Below, piece by piece: positions 11,800-21,900 of a stretch of 62,771 bases of DNA. Both the position numbers and the translations under genes were made by a program. Source of the stretch: Psammoneis japonica (lineage: Eukaryota); NCBI GenBank assembly GCA_008632985.1, contig QPGO01000268.1, forward strand, positions 1-62,771. Direction: 5' to 3'. How positions within the stretch are numbered: position 1 is the stretch's first letter; each line of letters opens with the position of its first letter. The notes under the pieces are model-generated. The model was not told the origin of the DNA. It ran no database searches and saw only the letters and a list, made by a program, of their open reading frames with translations.

Positions 11800-13400
11800 T
11801 TTTCAAAAACTTTGACTGTGGACAGGCACACATGCACTGCTGACTTGGCTGTTCATTGTTTGATGTTGAAGACAAAATTGTCCATTGACAAAATTGTCAC
11901 ACTGCAGGGCTTGCACATGGAGCTCTGTGGGCACAATGCCAAAAATGCCCCACCCAGGCAACTCAAGGGTGCATGGAGTCCATGAGACAAACCATGGCTG
12001 CAACCCCACCCCCTTGCTGTGGATTCACATTGTGCTGACACTGCACCCACTGCAGTCACTGTTGATGCTGTGACAACTGCCCACCCATCACTGCACACTT
12101 CAACTCTGATGTCCTAGAGCTCATCTCTTTGATCAAGTGCATTGTGGCCTGCATCTCTGTTCATCATCATGGGGCTCACTCCCACTCTGGTTGAGAGGGA
12201 GAATGCAAAGCCAAGAAGAAGAAGAAGAAGAATCTGCAGCACTTCCACTCCAGATGGAACCAAATGCAAGCTGGCCCTTGTTGCCCTTTCCTTTGTTGTT
12301 GCACTTCATTTGAGAGGCAACCAAAGCAAAAGCATGCGCTGTTGGGGCCAACTGAATCACAATTGGAGGCACCATGCTCTCTCCCATTGCCAAGGCTTGC
12401 CTTGCTTCTGCCACAAGATCCAAGACCACCTGCGCAGATTGTTGTCACTGTTCAAGGATGCCTTCCATGGAGCCAGCAGCAGTCATCACAAAATGGACCA
12501 CTTCTCCATCATTTGGGACTCTGGTGCCAGTGTCTTCATCTCCACATGCCATGCAGATTTCAATTGTCCCGCTGAAAAGCCTGCTTGGTCAACCCACCAT
12601 CAGCAAGGGTGCCAAGGTTGCAGGCACGGGGCACATTGTGCGGTCCTTCATTGACTGCACCAGCATGATCTGCACCATCAAGATTCCAGCCTGCCACACA
12701 CTGGATGCAAACATTCAACTGTTGAGTGCTGCAAGTCTTTTGAAGACATGCGACAAAGAGATGATCCAATTTGGCCCACAGTGCCCTGCCTTGGTTGGTG
12801 GCCCACATCCAGATGATGGAAACAATCCGACCAGCCCAACTGGCATCCTGTGTGCATCTCGAAGATCCCAGAAAATCAATTTTTGGATGCAGTTGCCCTT
12901 GCTGCCACACTCACCACCACATCCAAGCACAACAGCAAATCAATGTGTCAATGATTGCCAATGGAAAAAGGGCATTTGTGCAAGTGCACAAACACATCCA
13001 TGGTTGAAGTGCGTTGCATTTCTTGCTTGACCAGGTGCACTCTTCAGACATTGAAGAACACTCCTGGCACATTGTTGTGTCCCCTGCAAATGTCTTGCAT
13101 GAGAAGTTCTCTTGTGCTTGGCAAAACAAGGAGTTTGAAACAATTCTTTGGAAGAGAACAAGTGGAAAAGCATGTGCAACAATGCACATGACAAATGACA
13201 AAAAACAATTGTGCCATGCTGGCTTTTGCAAGGCCCAGCTTCTCATGAGAACTGGAGCACTGGCACACTCTGAGAGCACCCGCTGTCTCCAGATGGCCAC
13301 CTGCAAGATGATGAAAGGGGTCCCACATGTGTGCCAAGTGCCAGCGCAAAACAATGTTGCTGTCCCAGCCAAGGCAAGTTGTTGAATGTTGCACGCAATT
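11800..13400 (+). mobile_element. Heavily degenerate Ty1/copia (CoDi-like) remnant: protease and GAG-pre-integrase
   Basis: FSIIWDSGASVFIS (aspartic protease DSG, about 12500-12540), AKVAGTGHIVRSFID..TIKIPACH..IQLLS, LCHAGFCKAQLLMRTGALAHSESTR (pre-integrase). Frameshifted, boundaries approximate. Confidence 0.65.
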
Positions 13401-14539
13401 GACAGGGATGAAACATTCATGGCATTGATGGTTTGGCGGGCATCTTAAAGACAGGCTGCAGATTTTGGGGCTTTCCCACTGCTCAGATCTCCCACAAACA
13501 CTCAGGCATTCCTGTCAAATGGAGAGGGCGCCACACCCACTGGCACCATGTGTTGTGCTGTGTGGTGATGAATGGATGTGCTTTGTGCCTGGGTGATCTG
13601 CCTGAGCATTGGGCTCCTCAGCCAGGCTCTTGTTTTGCAGTTGCTCACAGGTCCACTTGGTGCCTGTGCTGTTGAAGGTGTGAATGCTGCTGGGGGGCAA
13701 TGTGATCATGAAAAAATTGTGCTGGCATTGAATTTTTTTTTTGCCAAACCTTTTCTCTCTGGTGTTTGACAACTTTGACTGGGAGAGGGAAAGCACACAG
13801 CGCCACCTTGTCAGTGACAGCAGTGTTGACAATTCCAACAAGAAAGCACCCTGTTGTGCATCCAGAATTGGGAATTTGCTGAGGAATCACCTCCAAGCAC
13901 AGAGAGTCGCAACGTCGGAAAACTTGGTCACACTGTCCGTCCATCACCAGGCATCAGAGGTCAAAATCTGCGGCGATGCTCTTTTCGATTCACAAGGCCA
14001 GTGGCGGCTGTCTCAAAACCAAGCTTCAAGCTGCTAGAGAGTAGAACCGATCGTCATCTCCAAGTTGTCTCCCACGCTCAGCATGTCAAACACAACTGTG
14101 GGGAAACATGTCTGTCCACTGTGCCCCCATTCCGGCATCAACACATCGAGGTGTGCTGTCGACACCAAGGTGGCATGCGTGCATCGCAGTCTCTGGACCA
14201 GGCACTTTCCAAGAGGAGACTAGACAAGTGTGTCACAGGTTCATCATCAACATGGATGATCAGGGAAATCTGTTTGACGACATGGAATCAGAGCGGATTC
14301 CCACGTTTGCAGAAGCGCAGAGAACTGAGCACCAGGAACAACAATGGAACGACTTGCTCTTGTCTTGGAACAGAAGCAAGAAGACAACAGTTCAACAAGA
14401 TTCAGATGCCGAGGACTCTGACGATGAAGGTCTTTCAGGCTTGTGTGATGCTGAAGCATCTTCTTGGATTGCCAAACTCGAAAAGCATGACTCTGCAGAA
14501 GGGCCAAGGAATTGCGAAAACTCCGAAGTTACGCCCATC

Positions 14540-15200
14540 AACGCCACTCTAGCATGACGTGGACAAGCACAACTGCGACGAGTCCTGTGAGCCTGCAGCA
14601 CACACATGACACCAAGGTGAGGCATTGTCAAGGAATGAATTTCATTGCTGCCACTTTTTTCACCTTCATGTGCGAAGATGAAGCACTGTGGTTGTTGGCT
14701 GGCATGTCAGTTTTTGTTGGCATTTGCTCTTTTTCCGATGCATTGTTTCTTGCCATTTTTGTTCCTTCTCAAACCGCAGCCACTGTGAATGATCCACCCA
14801 ACCAGATGTGAGGAATGTTCGGCAGGGATGTGCAAGCAGCGCACCAGGTGTTGTGTGTGGCTGACAAACATTTTCATCAGCTTCTACTTCGTCTTGCCCG
14901 GCATTTGGAGAAGGAGAACGTCTACATCATCACATGTGCAACGCAATGGTCGTTGACATTGTACACGAGCTCTTTTCACCTTGATTTAGTGAGTCGCGTG
15001 TGATTTTGTATTCTTGCCGAGGGATGGAAGGTCATCTGCCGCATCATGCTAGCGCTCATGACATGTTCCAACAAACCTTGGAGACGCTTTAGCTTCGAAG
15101 ACATTTTGGCTTGCCTTCACCATCTTTCCGATGTGGTTTCCAGTGAGAAATAAAATCTCAATCGCAAACACACTGCCAGGCATGAGAAGGAGTGGGTGAC
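14540..15200 (+). pseudogene. Rab-GAP TBC-domain gene, C-terminal half, hypermutated
   Basis: HDTKVRHCQGMNFIAATFFTFMCEDEALWLL (GYCQGMNF motif), intron about 14702-14779, LARHLEKENVYIITCATQWSLTLYTSSFHLDLVSRV, LAEGWKVICRIMLAL, FEDILAC..RKHTARHEKEW. Contains stops and frameshifts. Confidence 0.8.
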
Positions 15201-15735
15201 GAATGATGCGGTCCTCAATTCGATCCATTCGTCTCACGGCAGCATTTTGACGCAATCAAGGCCAGCTTCAAAGACATGCTCGAGAATTCTGGGGGTGTGA
15301 TCCGCTTGGCACACAACTTGGAGCTGCCATGTGTGAGAAGGAGTGGGTGAAGATTGTGCGGTCCTCAATTTGACTCATTCGTCTCACTGCGGCATTTCAA
15401 CACGATCAAGGCCAGCTTCGAAGACATGCTCGAGAATTCTGGGGTGTGATCCGCTTGGCGCATTGCTTGGAGCTGCACTGGGTGAAGCACTTGGTGCTGG
15501 ACTCAAACTTGAAGAAATTTTGGCTCACTTTTGCCATCTTTCCAGTGTGATTTCCAGCGAGAAAATAAATCTCAAGCGCAAACACACTGCCATGTATGAG
15601 AAGGAGTGGGTGAAGATTGTGCGGTCCTCAATTCGATTCATTCATCTCACTGCATCTGCTGGACCCTGACACCTGCATGTCGACGCAAGATCAAGGCCAG
15701 CTTAAAAGAAATGCTCGAGAATTCTGATTGGAGAC
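15095..15735. repeat. Imperfect triplication of the TBC 3' end and downstream sequence
   Basis: Core gagaaggagtgggtga..gcggtcctcaatt..caaggccagctt..atgctcgagaattctg starts at about 15184, 15335 and 15598. The TBC coding part is duplicated at about 15097-15195 and 15511-15609. Confidence 0.85.
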
Positions 15736-15739
15736 TTGT

Positions 15740-16850
15740 TGTTCAGCTGCTGCCAGGTGCTGGACTTGCACTTGAAATCGTGGATGGACTGCTGGGCCCT
15801 GCTGCGCAGGTTCTGGCCTCTTGCTTGGTGTTGCCAATGGTGTTGCTTGGAGCAGGACTGGCACCAGGGGGTGATCCACTTGGTGCATCACTTGGAGCTG
15901 CACTGGGTGAAGCACTCCATGCTGGACTCAAACTTGGAGGCAGCATCATCTGCATTGGTGCGTCACTTGTTGCTGATCTTGCGCTGGGAGCATTGCTCGG
16001 TGTGGAATTCAGAGCAGGGCTTGCACTGCCAGGTGATCCACTTGGTGCATCGCCATGAGCTAGACCGCAACTTGGTGACACACTCAAAGCATCGCTTGGT
16101 GCTGGACTTGAACTTGTGCTGCTTGGTGCTGGACTTGTGCTGGGAGCATTGCTTGGTGCAGAACTCGGAGCATGACTTGAGCTCGGTGACTTGCTTGGCA
16201 CCGGACTGCTGCTTGGAGCTGCACTGGGTGCCTCACATGGCTCCGGACTTGAACTTGGAGGCACCGTTGTGTGCGTTGGTGCATCAGTTGGTGCTGGACT
16301 TGTGCTGGGAGCATTGCTTGGCGTGGAACTTGGAGCAGGACTTGCGCCAGGTGATTGACTCGGCGAATCACTTGGCGCCGAAGTGCTGCTTGGAGATGCA
16401 CTGGAAGTCTGCTCTGTGGAGGACTGCGACTCGGTGGTCGGGTGAACTCCAAGCAAGGCACCAACTCCTGCCAAGCCTCAGTCTAGCACCGAGTGACTCG
16501 CCCAACGAGTCTTGAAGCAGCAGCCCCATCCAACGCGAGTCACAAACGCGCGCGACCGGCCTCCAAGTGTGAGTCCTGCCAGCGAAACATCCAGTTCTGT
16601 CCTGAGCAGCAGCACTGCACCGCTGAGGGTTCTGAACTCGGAGATGAACTTGGTGCTGGACTTGCACTGGGAGAATTGCTTGGTGCCAAACTGGGAGCAC
16701 GGTCTGCACTTGGTGTTCCACTCGGGGCTTCACTTGGAGCAGGGCTGTTTGATGGAGCACTCCTTTCGTTTGATGTAAAGATTGAGCGCAAGGCCCAAGA
16801 ACATGCCAATGAGATGAGCAACAGAATTCCTGACGGCATTGTCTGCCGCA
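15740..16850 (-). pseudogene. Pro/Ser/Thr-rich (APSxxPS repeat) secreted or cell-surface protein remnants
   Basis: ORFs 16540-16926 (signal-like MPSGILLLISLACSWA, then APSNSPAPSEAPSGTPS) and 15743-16474 (SPSQSPGASPAPSSTPSNAPS). A further fragment lies at about 17380-17560. Disrupted and TpA-depleted. Confidence 0.6.
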
Positions 16851-18312
16851 TGCTTGCCAGAAAGAAAAAGAGCAGTGTGGTGTGAAAACAGAAACCATCA
16901 CATTTAAGTGCGCAATGACATCGCAAGTGCTGCGGCCGTCATCGCAGTCCATTGACGCACGCACAGAAAATGAACAACACACCAACAAAGATTGCTGTGC
17001 TGCACTTTTAGCATTTCTACTTCTATCGTAAAAGTTCAAAGCATGTTGCAAAAAATTGAAACACGCCAATGTCAAAAGCAGCTGTTAAAATCGGTTGCGC
17101 AGGATGACATTGCCTCAAAAGCGCCATCAGAAGATGGATCTAAAGCTTTTTCATGTCTTCAGGTGATGGGGATGGAGTGAAAAAGTGCAGCCTGAAAACA
17201 ACATACGAGAACAGATGCCTCAGTCAAAATGATGAGGAAAGAGATGGCTCGCGGTCCAGTGGCTCTTGGCAATGGCAAATCCCATCGAAGTGCATCTTTG
17301 GTCGATTCTCTGTTTCTTTCCTTGTGCATCTTACGAGATTCATCATTCATGTTCATCGTCACAGCACGAATTGCTTCCAAACATTGCTTGGTTCTGCTGA
17401 TGGTGCTTTTGATGGCACGTCACTGTGAGCTGCACTTGGCATTGCAGAGGGAAATGCCGAGGGCTCCGTCAAAGGGTTGGTCGTCACATCACCAGCTGGC
17501 CGAGTGGAAGGATCAGTCAATGGGACTTTGCTGATTGGCAAAATCGGGACAGCTGACAGGCAGGAGCAACGTTGACTCCAGGCCGGAGACACGCATTCGA
17601 CCGGCCTCCGGCCTCAACTGGCAACACCTGCGCCGCCGAGACAACACTTCGTGCAAGCAAATGAGTTGCATGACTGCCAAACAAGAGAAGACTTTCTATC
17701 ATCCAGAGGAAGGGCAAGCCATCCTCGGCGATCGCCTGCATTCCTGCTTGGCAAACAACAACACATCGTGCGAGACACGAGACGTCGAGTTGAATGTGAT
17801 CCAGAACGAAAACGAGCGCGAAAGAAGAAAGCTGCTTTCGGGGAGAAGTTGTGTCGTGACCGTTGCTAAATTTCTCAATCACTATCATTTTTGTGTAATA
17901 TTGTAGTATTAATACCATCATGTCGTATGTAGAACATGGGTCGGAAGTTGGTAGGCACTTTCAAAATGAAGTCATCGGGTCATCAGCTCAGTCTCTCCAC
18001 GTAAAACATGCGGAGAAAAGACAAAATTGATTAATCAACAGTATCCTGCTATTTATCACAGTCATTATCCCATCAGAAACAAATAACAACAGAATCCAAT
18101 TGAGGCAATGGTTCCTTGAATGTCATTTCGGGTCATAATGTCCATCAAAGTTGGTCACGATTTTTGGAAGCAAACTCAGGTCGAAATTATGCGCATCCTA
18201 CATGTTGTGTTGCTTCCCTTTCGAATCCATTACACCTACATGTTAATTAAAAGCATTTATACTTATTTTGTATCATTACATGCTCATCAGTGCCTCTGTT
18301 GTAAAAAACACA

Positions 18313-18810
18313 ATGCCCCCATCGTCACAACGCCGCGTCCGCTTCTCGAAATCTTCACCCCAGGTGCACCTTGTGCGAAATGTGGATGAGGCAGACTACG
18401 CCCAGGTGTGGTACAGAAAACCTGAAATGATTCAAACTCTTCAAGAGACAAAGGCTACTGTAAAGGCGCTGCGGAAAATCAAGCCCCGCGACTACCACTA
18501 CCCTCACGAAACCAACATGAGCGACGGTCGTGGTTTGGAAACATTTGTATCACCTCGCTTTCGAGACGAAATTATTCGCGAACGACGATTTCTGTACGAT
18601 TTGGTGTTTGCCGAGCAAAAACTTCAAAAGCTCGAGAGAAAATCGGACCCTTCCTCTATTGAGGTGCTGTCTGCCGAGTGCTCGAGATGGGCCAAAAACC
18701 GTGCTCTTGCATGTGCCGAGCAAGACGCAATCCAAGTTGCCGGCCCAATAAACGACAGAGGGTCGCAAAAGCAAAAGAGTTCCACCACCAACAATGCCAG
18801 AAGCGAATAA
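18313..18810 (+). CDS. Diatom-specific hypothetical protein (RRVRF..WY..RGLE family)
   Basis: Open 165-aa frame from ATG 18313 with RRVRFS, QVWYRKPEM, GRGLE, VFAEQ and SRWAKNRAL..AEQDA motifs typical of an expanded diatom family. Confidence 0.75.
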   Translation: MPPSSQRRVRFSKSSPQVHLVRNVDEADYAQVWYRKPEMIQTLQETKATVKALRKIKPRDYHYPHETNMSDGRGLETFVSPRFRDEIIRERRFLYDLVFAEQKLQKLERKSDPSSIEVLSAECSRWAKNRALACAEQDAIQVAGPINDRGSQKQKSSTTNNARSE

Positions 18811-18996
18811 AAACATCAAGTCCATGAACGCTGTCAAAAGCCTAAGCACAAAACCGATCTAATGGCTATGCCTATCAAGGCTGGCAAGCTCGTATGAAAG
18901 TAGAGCGAAGGAGTGTTGTCGACGAGACAAAGGATACTAGTAGTCTATACTAATTTCATGACTTTACGTATCACCAGCCCCTGAAAGCGACTTTTT

Positions 18997-21900
18997 TTAC
19001 GTTTCTGGAAAAAATTCACTGGTTAGCAATGCCCTTTGTCGTGATAAGGCACAAGGAAACGGATGAGCAACCGTGTGCTCAACCAAGTTCGAGGCAAGTG
19101 CTGGAAGAAGCTCGTGCAGCTGTAGGCCGGGTTCAGCATTGTTGGTCGCATCTGACGCTCTCTTTCGATAAAAGAAACGCTTTGCACTCAAATTTTCTCC
19201 CGCGGGTCGGCTCCGAGTTAAATCGGGACTGGTGCTTACCGCTGGCACGTCAGTGTAAACTATGCTTACGTCAAGCGACGTTGCTTCTGTATTAATTGAT
19301 ATACCATCTGACCTCTCTCCAATCCGCAAAACCAACAAAGCAGCATCGCATTCTGCAAGAAGCGCCTGTTGAAGAGGTTGCGCAAATTCTGAGCACGCCC
19401 TTTCTTCAAATCCTTTGTCTCTGCGACCGACCCCAGAAGCCGCAGACGCCAATATTCTGGATGGAAGGCGGCAAATACTTGGTGTTCCCCACTCGAGGAA
19501 AGTTGGAATCGTTGTACTTTCCATGAAGCGATCGGGCTTCTTCCCCGAAAGAAGTACTCGCACGTACTGAGGGCCTGTCAATATTTCCTTCTTCGACTTT
19601 CCTTTCTCTACCGTGTGTTCACTTCTTGAATCAAAAGGCTCATCTTGTTCAACTAGCAGCATTTTACGTGCCAGCCGCGTAACCTCAGCGTTCAGACTAG
19701 CAGACACGTTTCGCAGCGATGCATTTTCTTCGACAAACTGCGTTCTGCTCATGGAACGTATTCGACTCTGACTCGAACTGAATGCATTGCTATCATCGAC
19801 TGCATCCATTACCAGCTTTAGCAATGATAAAAGTCGTGAGTACGCTAGCTCTTCCATTCCATCTTCCTTGAGATAATTTGAGACCGCTTGCTTCGCAAGA
19901 TTGGTTAGCATCGCACACATGACGGGAACCGTCGGCTGAGGTAGCCTCCCGCTTACTTGCGTGGCTGATGCAGGGAATACAGCCGACGGTTCCAAAAAGC
20001 TGTCCGCGAAATCCATTACTTGAATATTATCCCGCCCGTTCCCAATTGACGATATCCACAGAGACCTTCGTTCGTCATACCAAAGAGGAAACTTGGAGGG
20101 CCTCCACACATTCTTTAAGTGAGGGATAGCATCAGATATCGTACGGGCACAGAGGATTAACGTCTCTGCAGCTTCAACCATCTGACCTTTTGATTCGTGT
20201 AGGCATTTCAACGTATGCAACCAGCGTAATCGCTGAAGTGGGGCCGTTTCGGAAAGAAAGAAATTTGCCGCTTCAAAGAGTGATTCCTCGTCAGCGTCAA
20301 ATAGATAAGACGTGTCTGGTTTCATTGCAATCCTTGTACCGACGACATTGAAGTTATCCCCCCTCAATCTCATTTCGATTAGTACTCCATCAACAACCGC
20401 TTGGCAAGCTCTGCAGAAGGTAGACAACGTCGGAGCCAGCTGTGGATCAATGCGGTTATCATCCTCTGGACTAGCTTCCTCTATATCTGCCACTGACCTT
20501 CGAAGTGGCCAGACAGCACTCTCAACACCATCCATCTTTGACAATAGGCTAGATACCCCAAACAAGGCAATCTCACGACCGACTACTTCTGGTAGCACCG
20601 TCAGGAAAACGGTTGCAACGCCATCAACATTTCCATAATGACTGAAAATAGAGCCGAACAGTGATACGACAAAGTCTGTTGAAATTGTTCGTACCGACAA
20701 CGACAAGCTGTTCATCAGCGTTAGAACAACCCGAGCCCAGTGTTGCAAACCATCTTTTGCGGCCTCCAAAAATAGCCCCGCACCAAACTTCTCGAGTGCC
20801 TGCAATGCGCCACCAATTGCCCGAAGGTGAGCTACCGACGACTGAGGCGTGGTTATAATATGGAGAAGGAGGTCCAATACACTTTGAGCCATTTTGATTT
20901 GTTCCTTTGGGTGTGATTCCGTTGGTACCACGCATTGGTCAACAACCATAATGGTGGCAGCGCATAGAGTGTTGAAACTTTCTTGCATAAGCCACGAGGA
21001 GATCTTATCCAATGACGGAGGGAGTACGCCATTCGCCTCTGTATCAGCAAAGCATTGAAAAGTAGCACTGCTTAGTCTCAGAAGGCGTACGAAGCGATGA
21101 AGGAGAAAATTCTGCATGGGACGGGGCATTCAGTAGCTGAGATCGTGAAAAAAAATTGAAAAATAAAGTAGCTTTGCCATCATTGAGAATAATCAAGGTA
21201 CGTACCGGCGGAGAGCAGTATGACAATAATCGCTCTCGCATCATTCCCTCCGGGGCCTCTTGAAGGACATAAGCAAAGCAGATGAGCCAAAGAGACCGAA
21301 CCTTGTGCGTCGCGTCCATACTCGCAAGCCAGCGCACACTACCGAGGGCGTTGTCTAAGATGGCAGGGGCGATGACTGACGCAACACGGCAACGGGATTG
21401 CGCAGTTTGATACCTCGAATCCATGGCATGCCGTCTCACCAAAAGTTCATAGACGCAAGCAATTGCTTGTATCGCCGTTTCCTGTAATTGTAGCAGATCT
21501 TTTCTTTTCAACGATGCTTTGGGTCGACTTTTAGAAGTTGTTTCAACTGATTCGATCTGTGCCACCGCCTCGGAAACAACAGCCTCACAAGCAAGCGAGG
21601 ATATAAGGAGGCATTCGTCGATAAGCAGGCCGGATAACCAGCCAGTAACCGGCAAGCGCGTCGTAGCGCCCTGGCTTGAAAAATCAGGATTCCCATCCCC
21701 TAAAGAGGCACGTTTACTGGAAACAGCCTGAAGCGTCCACGAAATCTTTTCTGTCTCCTTTCGCTCTTTCCACTCTAAAAATCGTTTTGGGTAATTCAGA
21801 GCAACGAAGTTGGGAATCGTCGCCAACAATTCAACAGAGTTAAGTCTCACTTGTCTTGAACACCTGACAGAGAAAAGGTGATCGTCTGTCCACGTCAATC

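Noticed and set aside
4239..17600. Many long overlapping Cys/His/Gln-rich ORFs in the track (e.g. 4239-5012, 8309-8962, 13854-14552, 15736-16515)
   Set aside because: They are by-products of TAA/TAG loss and of antisense reading of low-complexity repeats, with no independent domain signal.
3905..17865. Classical RIP or simple CpG decay as the sole cause of the TG/CA excess
   Set aside because: C>T processes cannot turn TAY into TGY or CAY, and RIP increases TpA. CpG decay contributes only as a second layer.
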